Origin: an uncultured virus (IMG/VR IMGVR_UViG_3300044701_002172)
Taxonomy: Duplodnaviria; Heunggongvirae; Uroviricota; Caudoviricetes
Virus record (IMG/VR): IMGVR_UViG_3300044701_002172
Coordinates: 1-64,000 of that record
Length of the DNA: 64,000 bases
Reading direction: 5' to 3' (one strand)
Below, piece by piece: positions 18,498 through 29,449 of the stretch (its first letter is position 1; every line of letters begins with the position of its first letter). The position numbers and the translations under genes were made by a program. The notes under the pieces were generated by a model, which was given only the letters and a program-made list of their open reading frames with translations, did no database searches and had not been told where the DNA came from.

Positions 18498-18508
18498 CTA
18501 CTTATCCC

Positions 18509-19234
18509 TCAGATATTTCTTACGGCGAAATCAAGGGCACTTTGGTATGTCGAAGCATCTTTATTAAGCATGTATCTAAATTGCTGTTGATTCTCTGGGG
18601 AGAGGGAAGCATAAGTAGCAGCAATTTTCTTAGCAGAAAAATTATCTAAGTTTTGAACACTACCATCATCAAATTGAATTTTGGCGAATTGTGTTTCACC
18701 GTGAGTTAGTTCTGAAGTAGCTACTTCTAAAGCTACTTCCACAGCATCAAGTTGTCTTGTAGATTCCATAATTAAACCTCCATCATGTTCATAAGAATTT
18801 TTTAACGAAACTTTTTTTTGTTGTTCAGAAGCTCTTTTTTTAAAGTCTGAAAGACGAGCTTTCATTAATGTATCCATTTCTTTAGTTTTAGTCATCATTT
18901 TAGCTTTCGCTTCATCACGTTTCTTTTGTAAATCTTTTTGACGATTTAATTTTTTTTGCTGACCAATCTGTTTCTGGGCTCTCTCGGTTTCGGAGGGCAC
19001 CGCTTCAGAAATTAATTGTTGTAATTCTTCTTTCATTTGCTTTCTTCTTGAAATACGAGAGAGTAGATTTTTAGCACCCTTTGTTCTGCCATCAATTTTA
19101 TCGGCATTATTTTTTTTATATTTTCTATGCTGTTTTGGATTGACTAAAACAAACGCTGGTGGTAGTTGAAGACCACTACCATCTCCAGCAGAATTAATCA
19201 TTTCGTTTATATTAGGTTCAATTGTTTTAGACAT
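18509..19234 (-). CDS. Hypothetical protein (possible virion component)
   Basis: 241-aa ORF, Lys-rich coiled coil, IDGRTK motif. Confidence 0.75.
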   Translation of the reverse strand: MSKTIEPNINEMINSAGDGSGLQLPPAFVLVNPKQHRKYKKNNADKIDGRTKGAKNLLSRISRRKQMKEELQQLISEAVPSETERAQKQIGQQKKLNRQKDLQKKRDEAKAKMMTKTKEMDTLMKARLSDFKKRASEQQKKVSLKNSYEHDGGLIMESTRQLDAVEVALEVATSELTHGETQFAKIQFDDGSVQNLDNFSAKKIAATYASLSPENQQQFRYMLNKDASTYQSALDFAVRNI

Positions 19235-19563
19235 TCTTCGTCAACGTCTTTATTAAGGGTCTCTGGTAATCTATTTAGGAATAACAAAAATGCCTTAAGT
19301 ATTGGCCAATATATTGTTTCAATTTTAAAAAATAATAAAGGGGTAGCAGCATCATCAAATACATTATACATTAATATAATATGGTTTAGAATAAGGTGAG
19401 TTTTCAATTCGCCTGTCATTTCATAACGTTTAAGCAATCTTTTGATGTACTTAAAACGATTCAAATCTTCTTCAAAGTCTTCGTATGTAACTGAAGAAGG
19501 ATTGTCATAATGTTTAATAGCAAAGATAACCCAGTTATCTTTTGTCAACTCACCAAAGTTCAT
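19207..19563 (-). CDS. Conserved T4-like phage hypothetical protein
   Basis: FAIKHYDNP...EDLNRFKYIKRLL...HLILNH. Confidence 0.8.
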   Translation of the reverse strand: MNFGELTKDNWVIFAIKHYDNPSSVTYEDFEEDLNRFKYIKRLLKRYEMTGELKTHLILNHIILMYNVFDDAATPLLFFKIETIYWPILKAFLLFLNRLPETLNKDVDEECLKQLNLI

Positions 19564-19569
19564 GTATTA

Positions 19570-20508
19570 TCAAGCAAAAATATTATTGTCAACTGTTAGG
19601 GTTGCTGTATTAGAAATGACTTCTTCAGCACCAGCAGATGATGTGAGCTTGACACGATACTGATAACCGTTAGAAGCAGTGGTAAGTGCTGTAAGAGCTA
19701 GCGAAGAGCTAGTAGCACCAGAAACATTGGTCCACTTAGCAGTAGAACTAGTTCTACGCTGCCACTGATAAACAAGTGATCCAGTAGAAGCAGCGGCAGT
19801 TACCGAGAAGGTAGCAGCAGCAGTTCCAACTGTATCAACAGTGATTACGAGGTCATCAGTTGTATCTACACCACCAATAGTTGAACCAAGAATAGTAATT
19901 GTTTCGGCAGCAGCGAATCCAGTGCCAACAGCAGTGATAGCAACCGAAGCAATCGCTCCACCAGCACCTCTGGTTACAGTAAACGCTGCTCCAGTTCCAG
20001 CAGCAGATCCAGCAAGACCAGTTAGAGTATAAACTTCATCTGCTTCTCCAGCTAGAGTTGTTCCAGCACCAGCAGTATAAGCGGTGATTGAACCAGCAGG
20101 TGTGTAAGCAGTAGCGTTAGCAGGTTGACCAGAAATAGTGATAGCAGATGCTACGTCAGCAGCAACGTTGTCATCGAGGTCAGCAGTGTTAGCAGGGGCA
20201 TCTTTGAATGCTACGAGATGCTGAGCCTTATGGCGAGTAGCACCAGAAGCATCAGTGTATGTGAAATATTCCCACCAACCAGGAGCAGTCAATCCACGCT
20301 CTCTGTTTTCTGGGAGTGTTGCTTCGACATCATCAATATAAACTGTTCTACGAGCAGCAGTAGCATAACCTTGGGCACCAGGAACAGTGCTTGGACCATT
20401 AACGATTAGAGTATTATCCCAATCATACTTGTCTACAGAGTTCTTCTCTGTGGTATTCAATACTTTTAAACTTTGTGCGTTATTTTCAGAACGACTGTAG
20501 AGAGCCAT
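19570..20508 (-). CDS. Virion structural protein with split Ig-like domain
   Basis: GLTAPGWW N-domain; ITISGQP...YQWQ...NGYQYRV...SNTATLTV; TATAAATA late promoter upstream. Confidence 0.8.
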   Translation of the reverse strand: MALYSRSENNAQSLKVLNTTEKNSVDKYDWDNTLIVNGPSTVPGAQGYATAARRTVYIDDVEATLPENRERGLTAPGWWEYFTYTDASGATRHKAQHLVAFKDAPANTADLDDNVAADVASAITISGQPANATAYTPAGSITAYTAGAGTTLAGEADEVYTLTGLAGSAAGTGAAFTVTRGAGGAIASVAITAVGTGFAAAETITILGSTIGGVDTTDDLVITVDTVGTAAATFSVTAAASTGSLVYQWQRRTSSTAKWTNVSGATSSSLALTALTTASNGYQYRVKLTSSAGAEEVISNTATLTVDNNIFA

Positions 20509-20550
20509 TTATTTTCCCCAACGTGAACTTTATATCTACAGATATTTATA

Positions 20551-20573
20551 AAAAAAGGGGAGTTACCCTCCCC
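20551..20573 (-). terminator. Intrinsic terminator
   Basis: GGGGAG...CTCCCC followed by T-tract. Confidence 0.7.
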
Positions 20574-20715
20574 TAGTAATGTTTTTTAATTTGTTATGTA
20601 TCCAATCATATACACTATTTTCTTTAATTTTTTTGTTATGTCCCATCCACTCTGAGATGGCAAATAATAAAAGAAAAAATATATCAGCTAAAATGTTTCC
20701 TAAAAAACATTCCAT
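20563..20715 (-). CDS. 50-aa membrane peptide
   Basis: MECFLGNILADIFFLLLFAISEWMGHNKKIKENSVYDWI; TGATG coupling. Confidence 0.6.
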   Translation of the reverse strand: MECFLGNILADIFFLLLFAISEWMGHNKKIKENSVYDWIHNKLKNITRGG

Positions 20716-20882
20716 CACTCACGAAGGAGTGCTTTTCTTACCATAACAACAATCATGTCATCGATATCATTGTCTGTCGATTTAGCATAACGCTCAAGAA
20801 GATGAATAACAAATTCTTTTACTTCACGACTATTCATGAAGTGCTCAACAACCTTCTCGGCTACTCCTAGAAATACTTTCAT
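20715..20882 (-). CDS. 55-aa hypothetical protein
   Basis: MKVFLGVAEKVVEHFMNSREVKEFVIHLLERYAKSTDNDIDD; GGAG RBS. Confidence 0.7.
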   Translation of the reverse strand: MKVFLGVAEKVVEHFMNSREVKEFVIHLLERYAKSTDNDIDDMIVVMVRKALLRE

Positions 20883-20916
20883 GGTTTCAGCTCCGTAGAA
20901 TATTTGGGTTCCCTTT

Positions 20917-21066
20917 TTATTTAGCGTCGTTTGGCTTTGGATCGCTTGATTGACTTTTCAAAGCACGATTAACATATTTGTTATGTTTTTTCTTTTGCTG
21001 TTTATACTCAGGGGAATTTTCATCTGGCAAGTTAGGCATTACCTCTACAGTGGGCAGTGCCTTCAC
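20917..21066 (-). CDS. 49-aa ORF, or -1 frameshift extension of the upstream gene
   Basis: GTG start overlaps upstream TGA; VKALPTVEVMPNLPDENSPEYKQQKKKHNKY. Confidence 0.55.
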   Translation of the reverse strand: MKALPTVEVMPNLPDENSPEYKQQKKKHNKYVNRALKSQSSDPKPNDAK

Positions 21067-22136
21067 TGCTTTTTTTCGTTAATCATCTCCTGACGAATAG
21101 CAATCATTTCATCAACTTTTTTCTTAGCAGCAAGAATTTTGCCAACTTTTTTACGACGATTTAGTAGATACTTATCTGACTTATCATGATCACCATCATT
21201 GTCAATATCTTTATCTTCTTTACCAACAGCATCAAGTTTTTTCTCGGTTAGTTCAAACTCTTCTTTCTGAGCTTTCTTCTCAGGAAGACCTTTGTGCTTA
21301 GTAGAAGCAAACTTTTCAGCTTCTTTGCTAGTTAAAGAAGCAGCAGCCTTGTCAACTTTTTCAGAACCATCGGTCATTTCACCTTTCTTCTTAGCATGAA
21401 CCATGCCCATGAATTTTTGCTGAGACTTACTAACAGCTTTCTCAACAATATCTTGAAGAGAAACTTCTTCTTTCATTTTCTTTTCATCTGGGCTCTTGCC
21501 AAATGTCTTATGAACAAGTTTATCTAATTTGGTGTGGAATTTAGTTTCAGACTTTTTATCTGCCCCTTCCTTCTCTTCTTTCATTTCAGCTTTTTTTTCT
21601 GCTTTATCTTCTGCCTTCTCATGCTTTTCTTTAGCAGACTTGCTCATCTTCTTTTCTTTTTCTTCTTCCGCTTTGCTCTCATCTTCTTCTTTTACACAGT
21701 TGTCAACTGTCTTACCACCTTTCTTTTTGGTTCCTGCTAGCTTATAACCTTTCCAGCAAGCTTTACCATCAAGTCCTTTTTCTTTTTCAAGAATAATGGT
21801 TTCGCCAGTTTCTAATACTGCTTCGTAAGTTGTGCCAACCAATTCTCCTGGCATCAACTCAGCTTCTTCACGCTGAACGTTTTTAGATCTCACTGTTGTA
21901 TACTCAATCTCAGCGCCGTGAGACTGTTTTGTTCCAGTTCCACCAGCAATATTGATAGCTGGATCAGCTGGAGCAGCTTTTGCTTTAGGATCTTTCTTTG
22001 AGAAATCATCCTCATTACCTTTCTTTTGTAATGAAGGGATTCCTTCTTCACCAAGATGTCTCACTGCCGACTCAATCAATGCTTTCGAAAAGTCGTCATA
22101 ATGTGCTACTTGGGTCGTTGCTCGTTGTCTTTCCAT
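21063..22136 (-). CDS. Lys/Glu-rich putative internal head protein
   Basis: Short modules (CWKGYK..NCVK; AVSKSQQKFMGMV; DIDNDGDHD) separated by x(K/R)EE; ATAAATA upstream. Confidence 0.75.
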   Translation of the reverse strand: MERQRATTQVAHYDDFSKALIESAVRHLGEEGIPSLQKKGNEDDFSKKDPKAKAAPADPAINIAGGTGTKQSHGAEIEYTTVRSKNVQREEAELMPGELVGTTYEAVLETGETIILEKEKGLDGKACWKGYKLAGTKKKGGKTVDNCVKEEDESKAEEEKEKKMSKSAKEKHEKAEDKAEKKAEMKEEKEGADKKSETKFHTKLDKLVHKTFGKSPDEKKMKEEVSLQDIVEKAVSKSQQKFMGMVHAKKKGEMTDGSEKVDKAAASLTSKEAEKFASTKHKGLPEKKAQKEEFELTEKKLDAVGKEDKDIDNDGDHDKSDKYLLNRRKKVGKILAAKKKVDEMIAIRQEMINEKKQ

Positions 22137-22172
22137 CTGTAAAGCGTTATAATTTCCTTGTATTATTTATGT

Positions 22173-22385
22173 TTAGGAAATATTTACTTCACGAATATCT
22201 TTAACCCAAGCACGGAACATTTGATTATCTTCCGTAACAGCAATCACATAGTTAACACCTGGACGAATTATTTTGCCTTTCTGTCCAGTGTTAACATTCA
22301 TAATATAATCACCTTCCTGAAAAATTTCTTTTTGAAGATAAAACTCTTGAGTTACTTCTTGTTTTAGTTGTTTGAAACTTTTCAT
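22173..22385 (-). CDS. SH3-like hypothetical protein
   Basis: MKSFKQL...IFQEGD...GKIIRPGVNYVI...RAWVKDI. Confidence 0.7.
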   Translation of the reverse strand: MKSFKQLKQEVTQEFYLQKEIFQEGDYIMNVNTGQKGKIIRPGVNYVIAVTEDNQMFRAWVKDIREVNIS

Positions 22386-22402
22386 TTTTGGGTTGTTTTA
22401 AA

Positions 22403-22489
22403 CGGAGGGTGGGCGAGTCGAACGCCCAAGGGCTTTAACACCTCAACTGTTTTCAAGACAGGTTCCGTCGCCAATCGGATTGACCCTCC
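22403..22489 (-). tRNA. tRNA-Ser(TGA)
   Basis: GGAGGGT/ACCCTCC acceptor; CT-TGA-AA loop; long variable arm. Confidence 0.93.
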
Positions 22490-22520
22490 AGTATTAATGG
22501 GGCATTTGCCCCAATATTAT

Positions 22521-22931
22521 TTATCGATCATCTTCTGCTCGGTGTTCCGAATAGTAGATATCGAAGTTACCACCAGGATAACGCTTCTCAAGCTTTTTCA
22601 CATTACGCTCAATTACTTCATTAAAAGAAACTCCTAGAGCTTGAGTTGCTTGAGCAACATACCACATAATATCGCCCAACTCAATAATAAGATGTTCTCT
22701 ATTATCGTCGTTCCAAGGTTTACCCTGGAACACCATCTTCTTAACAATCTCAAGAAACTCACCGCCTTCAGCATTAATACCAACGCCAGCAGTAAGCAGT
22801 CGTTCAATATTGGCACCTTTAGAATCAAGTTCAACAAGGCGATCAGCCAATGAACAAAAATCTTTAGAAGCATCACTGGTAACGGCATCAACGAATTCCT
22901 CGTAACGCTTAAACACAATAGTATCAGTCAT
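22521..22931 (-). CDS. mazG: MazG-like NTP pyrophosphohydrolase
   Basis: EGGEFLEIVKK...ELGDIMWY...KLEKRYP. Confidence 0.93.
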   Translation of the reverse strand: MTDTIVFKRYEEFVDAVTSDASKDFCSLADRLVELDSKGANIERLLTAGVGINAEGGEFLEIVKKMVFQGKPWNDDNREHLIIELGDIMWYVAQATQALGVSFNEVIERNVKKLEKRYPGGNFDIYYSEHRAEDDR

Positions 22932-22934
22932 AAA

Positions 22935-24323
22935 TTAAATTACAAATTGAGAAAATTTATTAGTACGTTTTTGTTTAAAAGATGTATCTTCTAAAGGCTC
23001 AAAGGATTCTTCTTCCGCTTCAGAAACAAGATCTCCGTCTGAGTCCTCTACATTATACAACTTCATCTTCGCTCTGTCAATACCCACGGTAAACTTACGA
23101 TAGTAGGTGGGGTCGTTGTATCGGTTCTTGAGTTGCTTAACCATGAGCCTACCAGATTGTTCAAGCTCTTCAGTGCTAATAAGAGCAAACATAAAATCAG
23201 CTGTGGCAGGAAGACCAAAGGATTCAGAAGTGTCGGTGAGATCAATGTCACTATTCCCAAAACCAGAACGAGTGGTCTGAGTTGCTGTGACAAGTGGTAC
23301 GTCATTTTCAACAGCCAAACCCCTAAGCTCCTCAGCAATAGCTTTAACATATGTGTAAGAGTTTACGATATGTCCTTTATATCTAGCAGAGGCACAGATA
23401 TTAAGGTAATCAATAAAGATAATGTCTGGACGAAAATCTTTCTTGAGTGACAAATCGCTAAGCAATGCTTTGAAATGTCCAGCGTGAGCAGATGCTGTAG
23501 GGTATTCTTTAATAATAAGTTTGCCTTGTGTCTTTCTACCGATCTCCTGAACTCTAGAAGTAAAGATAGATTCGGGAAGTGCTCCAATATCTTTAATGTT
23601 TACATTTAAGAGATTAGCGTCAATCCTTTCAGCAATCTTTTCCTCTGCCATTTCAAGAGTGATGTATAGCACATTCTTCCCCTGGGAAAGGCAAGCAGCA
23701 GCAACATGACACATAAACAAAGATTTACCAACACCAGTTCCAGCAAGAGCAACGTTAAGTGTTTTATTTGGTAGACCACCTTTGGTGATAAGATTAAACT
23801 TCTCCAAATCGAAAGCAATTTTAGCTTCGTCTTTGTGGTAGTAATCATATCTTTGTTCGGCATTGTCTACGTAATCGTGTCCGATGTATTCATCAAACGA
23901 TACTGCCAAGGCTTCTTGAAGGATGGACGGGATAGCATCTCTTGATAACTTTTGATCTCCCCCGTCAGCAATTTTGATTGAAGCGAGTAGGGCGTTGTAT
24001 ATGGCCCTATCTTTACACCACTTTTCCGTGGAGTTGATGAGCCAATCTTTGTCAACCCACTCTTCACTGTATCCGTTGATCTTCGTAACGCTTTCTTTAT
24101 AAGTGTCTTCAGTGAGATCATTTCTATTCTGTAAGTTAATAATTACAACTTCCTTGGTAGGAATTTTATCATACTTAGTAGAGAAATCTTGAATCTCTTC
24201 AAAGATAACTCTTTCATCAATTTCCTGAAAATAATCTGCCTTGAGGAAGGGCACTACCTTTCGGTAATACTCTTCATTACAAAGCAGATTACGTAATATA
24301 GATTGTTCAATCTTCTCCGTCAT
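22935..24323 (-). CDS. g41: Replicative helicase gp41
   Basis: [37 protein letters not shown]. Confidence 0.97.
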   Translation of the reverse strand: MTEKIEQSILRNLLCNEEYYRKVVPFLKADYFQEIDERVIFEEIQDFSTKYDKIPTKEVVIINLQNRNDLTEDTYKESVTKINGYSEEWVDKDWLINSTEKWCKDRAIYNALLASIKIADGGDQKLSRDAIPSILQEALAVSFDEYIGHDYVDNAEQRYDYYHKDEAKIAFDLEKFNLITKGGLPNKTLNVALAGTGVGKSLFMCHVAAACLSQGKNVLYITLEMAEEKIAERIDANLLNVNIKDIGALPESIFTSRVQEIGRKTQGKLIIKEYPTASAHAGHFKALLSDLSLKKDFRPDIIFIDYLNICASARYKGHIVNSYTYVKAIAEELRGLAVENDVPLVTATQTTRSGFGNSDIDLTDTSESFGLPATADFMFALISTEELEQSGRLMVKQLKNRYNDPTYYRKFTVGIDRAKMKLYNVEDSDGDLVSEAEEESFEPLEDTSFKQKRTNKFSQFVI

Positions 24324-25338
24324 CGCTTACCCCATAAAGAAATTCTACTGATGCCTGTTCCTCAAGCTTAGCCATTACTTCCTCAGTAAAATACAGCTCA
24401 GGATTTCGTAAAATTTCTTTACCGTAAACTTTTTTTCCATTGACTTCATAACGACCAGCTGAGTTCTTCCATATACTAGCACGTTCTCCGAGTTCTAGCA
24501 ACCCGTAATGACGCTCCAAGCCACGCTCATCAAAGAACAGGCGAGTCTCGACCTTTGATCCTTCACGGGTCAGACGGGACTTCTTCGCCTCACATTTAAT
24601 AATGTTTCCGATGAGATCGGTTCCGTCTTTTTCTTTTTTCTTTGAGAGATAAATGATTGTGCTAGCAGAATACTTAAGACCACTACCACCGCCCATTTCT
24701 TTCGTAGGAACGTAAGCGCCAACAACGTCATAGGTATGATTAGTAACGAGCATAGGGATGTTTGCTTTGCCAAGTTTCAGTGTAAGAATTCTAAACACTG
24801 ATTTGGTAAGCTGTGCCTTGGTCATGTCACGAACATTTTTGTCGTTGGAAGCATCCTCGACTTCTTTGTTGGTGGCAAGCATTCCAAGGGAATCAAGAAC
24901 AAACATGAGGGGCTTACGCTCCTCTTTAGGTTGCTCCATGTATTTATCAATGATCCTAACGGCCTGGGTTCTAAACTCTTCGATTGTATCCACTGGGAAA
25001 ATAACCATTCGCTTAGAATCGATCCCTCTGCTTTCGATCATCTGCTTACTAATGGCAGACTCAGTTTCAAAGTAAATAACACCAGCATCAGGATTAATAT
25101 CGAGGAAATTACGAACGACACTAAGACAAAAGAAAGTCTTGCCTGTGCCTGATTCTCCAGCGATAGCTGTGATTTTATTTGAGGGAATGCCCCCAAACAA
25201 AGATCCAGAAACCAAGGCATTAAACACGTAGCTACCAGTGTCAACAAAAGATTCAACGTCGCCAGCAGCAATGCCATCAGAAACAAGAGCGGCGTATTCA
25301 TTTTTACTATCTTTAATTACCTGTTGTAAAAAATCCAT
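24307..25338 (-). CDS. uvsX: RecA-like recombinase
   Basis: [25 protein letters not shown]. Confidence 0.96.
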   Translation of the reverse strand: MDFLQQVIKDSKNEYAALVSDGIAAGDVESFVDTGSYVFNALVSGSLFGGIPSNKITAIAGESGTGKTFFCLSVVRNFLDINPDAGVIYFETESAISKQMIESRGIDSKRMVIFPVDTIEEFRTQAVRIIDKYMEQPKEERKPLMFVLDSLGMLATNKEVEDASNDKNVRDMTKAQLTKSVFRILTLKLGKANIPMLVTNHTYDVVGAYVPTKEMGGGSGLKYSASTIIYLSKKKEKDGTDLIGNIIKCEAKKSRLTREGSKVETRLFFDERGLERHYGLLELGERASIWKNSAGRYEVNGKKVYGKEILRNPELYFTEEVMAKLEEQASVEFLYGVSDDGED

Positions 25339-25345
25339 AAAACTC

Positions 25346-27841
25346 CTAATTAAAAAAACTCATGAGCGAAATTTTTCGCTCGGCATTCCATCCGATACAT
25401 TCTAGCACATTTTTAAGAGGATCGTAAAATGACTTCTCAAATTGTGTTCTATAGTCCACATACTTATCCAAATTAAATTCTTCGGGCAATTTGCCAAAAA
25501 ATGAAATCACATTTTCTTGGATGGGGTTTGGCATCTTGAGGTAGAGAAACTTGATCTTCTCTCCTTCCTGGATAAGAGGGTACTTGTGAGTAAGATCATT
25601 ACTTCGTACATAGTGATTATACAGTAATGCACCTCTGACCTGAATAGGCGTCCTCTCTCTATAAATCGATCCTTTAGATCCATATTTTTGTAATCCATTA
25701 CAACCTCGTGGAAAAGCAATATCGAGATAATTTTGTTTTCGAGTATCCTCTTTTATCTGCTCAATGAAATCAATAAGATCTTCATTAGTTTGATTAATAA
25801 TAATTGTGTAAGCTTTGTACAACTTGTCTCGAAAGTATGCTGGGGTAGATGATCTAGCAGTTTCCATACCACAGATTTTCATCTTTGGTTCTTTGTATCG
25901 AACACCTTCACTATCCCATACGTTAAGAACATAACGTTTCTTGGCAGTCCAGAATCCACGATTAGCAATATTTTCTCGTTTCATTACCATTTTTTGATCG
26001 TATGCTCTCACATAGTCCGCCAGTTCTTGGTAAGAATTTTCAATATACTTTTCAAGTTCCATCGAACAGATCTTATCAAGGAACGAGACAATGCCTTCAT
26101 TAGTTTTCTCTCTTCCTTGGTATACACGATCAACCAAAGGACCCAGATTAAGGTACATAGAATCAGTATCACAAGCAATGACATAATCAACATTCTTAGT
26201 TTTTAGAACTTTATTAAGATACTGATTCATTTTTTGCTCAATCCATCGGATAGAAAGTTGACCCGACATTGTAATAGCTTCAGCAATCTCAAGTTTGTAA
26301 TAACGAAAATGCTCGTTACCGATAGCACCATAAGCAGAGTTAAGTTGAATCTTACGTGCCATCTGAATATTATTACAGCGGGCAATCTCTTTCTTCAATT
26401 CAACCGTTGGATTGTTTTCATACTCTTGCTTGGCAGCCAGCATTTTCTTTTTGTAAATAGTACGTTCCTCATAGATTTTTTCCATGAGTTTTGGCAGGAA
26501 TCCTTGATACTCAGTTGTATAAAAAGTGCCATTAGCACAGAGAGTTTTTCCTGACAAGTCACTCAGATCAATCTCCTGGTTCAAAAGTCTATCTACGTTG
26601 GCATGGGGATGTCTTTCACTCAGAAGTGTTTCGGGCGAAAGATTATATTGCATAATTAAATGAGGATACAGACTGTTAAGGTCAAAGTTTACAACCCAGT
26701 CATACATTCCAGGTATGGGTTCTTTCACAAAAGCGCCAGCATACTTATTATCTTTACTGCTTTCTTTTTTGGGAGGAATAGTAATTTTTTGTTTAGCCAA
26801 GTATACGTATATGATGTTATCCCACATCCGAACCTGAGAATATACATCCTCAAAATTTACCTTGGCATCATATGCCATAGTAAAAGCAAGTTCAAGTAGT
26901 TTCATTTTATCGTCTAGTTTATCAACGAGTCGAACGTCAATGATGTTATACTTGACAAACTTATCCCAATCTTTAGTATAGAACTCTTTAAAAGTATCAA
27001 ACTCAGAGTGGTCAAGTTTTTTCTGATCAAGTTCCACAAAAGCAATATGATCGAGACGGTATGATTCCTGGTTAGTATAAGTAAATTTCTTATAGAGTTC
27101 CAAGTAATCAAGAGTAGCAATCCCCATGAGATCGTAAGCAAAATTCTTACGACCTTTAATAAAGATCTCTCGTGACATAGTATTCTTCCATGGAGAAAGA
27201 AGACGAGCTTCTGCTTCTCCAATCATTCGTTCAATACGACGATAAATGTATGGGATATCAAACAGTTGAACGTTCCATCCAGTAATTACATCTGGATAGT
27301 TTTCCATCCACCAATGAAGAAATCCCTTTAGCAATCCAACTTCAGAATCAAAGTGAAGATAATTAACTTCCTTATCTTCATTTACATATGGGCGGGATCC
27401 AAATACAGTAATCCTGCCCATGTCACTATCTTTAATACTGATCAAAAGAATCTCTTGGTCAGCAGATTCGATATCAGGAAATCCATTCTCGGCACCAGTT
27501 TCAATGTCCAAAGTAAAGACACGAATTTTACTGGTGTCGTATTTCATTTCATCTTCAGGATACTCCTCAAAGATGTATTGGTTTAGAAAACGTGTTTGAC
27601 CATAGATTTTAAAATCATCAATATCTTTATGATCCTCAATAAATTGTTTGGCATCACGAATGCTACCCTGTTTAACAGGACGAACATTTTTACCATCTAG
27701 TGTTTTCCATTCTTCCTGTTTAGCGGAAGGCAAATATAGTGTTGGATTAAATTGTACTTTGTCTTGAAATTTTTTACCATTTTCATAACCACGAACGAGA
27801 ATAGAATTTCCCGATTGTTCAACACTGGTGTAAAATTTCAT
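25346..27841 (-). CDS. g43: Family B DNA polymerase gp43
   Basis: DIET exonuclease motif; [25 protein letters not shown]. Confidence 0.98.
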   Translation of the reverse strand: MKFYTSVEQSGNSILVRGYENGKKFQDKVQFNPTLYLPSAKQEEWKTLDGKNVRPVKQGSIRDAKQFIEDHKDIDDFKIYGQTRFLNQYIFEEYPEDEMKYDTSKIRVFTLDIETGAENGFPDIESADQEILLISIKDSDMGRITVFGSRPYVNEDKEVNYLHFDSEVGLLKGFLHWWMENYPDVITGWNVQLFDIPYIYRRIERMIGEAEARLLSPWKNTMSREIFIKGRKNFAYDLMGIATLDYLELYKKFTYTNQESYRLDHIAFVELDQKKLDHSEFDTFKEFYTKDWDKFVKYNIIDVRLVDKLDDKMKLLELAFTMAYDAKVNFEDVYSQVRMWDNIIYVYLAKQKITIPPKKESSKDNKYAGAFVKEPIPGMYDWVVNFDLNSLYPHLIMQYNLSPETLLSERHPHANVDRLLNQEIDLSDLSGKTLCANGTFYTTEYQGFLPKLMEKIYEERTIYKKKMLAAKQEYENNPTVELKKEIARCNNIQMARKIQLNSAYGAIGNEHFRYYKLEIAEAITMSGQLSIRWIEQKMNQYLNKVLKTKNVDYVIACDTDSMYLNLGPLVDRVYQGREKTNEGIVSFLDKICSMELEKYIENSYQELADYVRAYDQKMVMKRENIANRGFWTAKKRYVLNVWDSEGVRYKEPKMKICGMETARSSTPAYFRDKLYKAYTIIINQTNEDLIDFIEQIKEDTRKQNYLDIAFPRGCNGLQKYGSKGSIYRERTPIQVRGALLYNHYVRSNDLTHKYPLIQEGEKIKFLYLKMPNPIQENVISFFGKLPEEFNLDKYVDYRTQFEKSFYDPLKNVLECIGWNAERKISLMSFFN

Positions 27842-28125
27842 TCTTCAGATTCTTCAACAGTAGGTACAGGTTTTTCAATGTCAACCGAAGCACGGTATTG
27901 ATTGTATAGAAAATCTGATGGATCAGCAATCAAACTGATTTCAGATGATCTCACAATAAACTCACGGTCTCTGGCGTGGAGAGGGAAGGCACCCAAACAG
28001 GTGCCGTCAACTTCATACGGGTATCTTAGCACACAATCAGGATCTCCGAACTCCACATCAGGAATTTCTTCAACTTCCGAAACAATCCAGACACCAGCAA
28101 ATCTAATCAATTTAATATCATTCAT
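27838..28125 (-). CDS. Hypothetical protein (Sm-like fold suspected)
   Basis: 95 aa; similar to its two upstream neighbours. Confidence 0.7.
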   Translation of the reverse strand: MNDIKLIRFAGVWIVSEVEEIPDVEFGDPDCVLRYPYEVDGTCLGAFPLHARDREFIVRSSEISLIADPSDFLYNQYRASVDIEKPVPTVEESEE

Positions 28126-28516
28126 TTGGCATCACTTCTGGATTAATAACTTTTTCAATTTCTTCTTGCTGAAGTTTAGCATTTTCAGTTTGTTCAAGTA
28201 TTTTTTCTACTTGTTCAACTTTTGCTTGATATGCCATAGCTAGTCCAGGATCTGGTTGACCAATAGCAAGAATTCCGTCATAAGGAATTCTAAATTGAAC
28301 ATCGGTAGAATAAGGACACCACTTACTAAATTTAACTTGTAAATCTTGTTCAGGATTTTCTATGTTACCTACTTCAATAAGTTTTAATTCATAAGGATGA
28401 TTCATTACTAAGCAAATTCCTTTTCGATTTTCGCCTTCACCTTCAAAAACTTCTTGAAGAAAAGTAATTAATTTTTCTCCTGTTTTTAAAATTGCAATAG
28501 ATGGAGTATTATTCAT
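28118..28516 (-). CDS. Hypothetical protein (Sm-like fold suspected)
   Basis: ILKTGEKLI...HPY...KWCPYS. Confidence 0.75.
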   Translation of the reverse strand: MNNTPSIAILKTGEKLITFLQEVFEGEGENRKGICLVMNHPYELKLIEVGNIENPEQDLQVKFSKWCPYSTDVQFRIPYDGILAIGQPDPGLAMAYQAKVEQVEKILEQTENAKLQQEEIEKVINPEVMPNE

Positions 28517-28517
28517 T

Positions 28518-28871
28518 TTAAGATTCCTCATTAAACATTTCAGGGTTGTTAATTATACTGTAATATGGTTCTACAGTTTCAATATATTTTTCCAGTATTT
28601 GATCTTTTGGTTCTCCTATAGTCACAACGTAATCAAAGGGAACTCTAAATTGTAAATTTTTAGAAAACGGGGACCATTGTTGAAAAATAATTTTTACTTC
28701 GTTATCGTCTACAGTATCTTTTGGGTATGTGTAAGAGATTACCATAGGAACTTCAAATAAGAAACACAATGGTTCATCCGTTTCTTCGACCATTAATTCT
28801 GTCAATTTACAAATGATATGCTGCTTATTTTTCAGCATAACAATTTTAATGTTTTCCATAAGCACAGCCAT
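28518..28871 (-). CDS. Hypothetical protein (Sm-like fold suspected)
   Basis: IVMLKNKQHII...VPM...QWSPFS. Confidence 0.7.
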   Translation of the reverse strand: MAVLMENIKIVMLKNKQHIICKLTELMVEETDEPLCFLFEVPMVISYTYPKDTVDDNEVKIIFQQWSPFSKNLQFRVPFDYVVTIGEPKDQILEKYIETVEPYYSIINNPEMFNEES

Positions 28872-28880
28872 GATTTTTCA

Positions 28881-28934
28881 ATTATACCATAAAAAGAAAT
28901 GGGGGTCAAGGTTGGATTTTGCCAACCAGACCCC
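28881..28934 (-). promoter_or_regulatory. hsp20 terminator hairpin fused with a sigma70 promoter for the g43 operon
   Basis: GGGGTC-T-GGTTGG-CAAAAT-CCAACC-TT-GACCCC followed by U-rich tail; TTGACC-17-TATAAT. Confidence 0.7.
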
Positions 28935-28954
28935 AGCGCCGACGATATTCGATA

Positions 28955-29449
28955 CTATTTATTAATCATATTTTCGCCAGGAAAATTAGAATTTCTATCT
29001 TCTGTTAAAAATTGTGGGGTAGGAATATTTTTAATTCCTTCGATTGTATAAACTGTTTTCTTTTGATGCTCTGGCACAATTTTTTCTAATGAAATTGTTA
29101 ACAGACCATCTTGAAATTCTACAGAGGATACTCGTACATCATCCGAGAGTTGCCAGGAATTATTGAAGGAACGTTTGGAGAGACCTTTGTGTAGGTAGAT
29201 TCGTTCAGTATCTCGTTTTTCAACTTTTGAGGTAACTCGGAGAATGTTCTGTTCTGTAGAGACCTCGATCTCATCTGCTTTAAATCCAGCAAGAGCGATT
29301 TCAATTTCGTAGTTATGGGCATCGTGTTTGATTAAATTGTAGGGTGGATAACTGGTGTTATGTCCAGACATTGCCTCTAGACGATTGAATACGTCGTCTA
29401 GACCTACTGAAAATGGGGAATAGATATCCCAAGTATATTTAGTTGCCAT
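28955..29449 (-). CDS. hsp20: Small heat-shock protein
   Basis: YPPYN; IEIALAGF; YLHKGLSKRSF; DGLLTI.L; AAGGAG RBS before MATKY. Confidence 0.95.
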   Translation of the reverse strand: MATKYTWDIYSPFSVGLDDVFNRLEAMSGHNTSYPPYNLIKHDAHNYEIEIALAGFKADEIEVSTEQNILRVTSKVEKRDTERIYLHKGLSKRSFNNSWQLSDDVRVSSVEFQDGLLTISLEKIVPEHQKKTVYTIEGIKNIPTPQFLTEDRNSNFPGENMINK

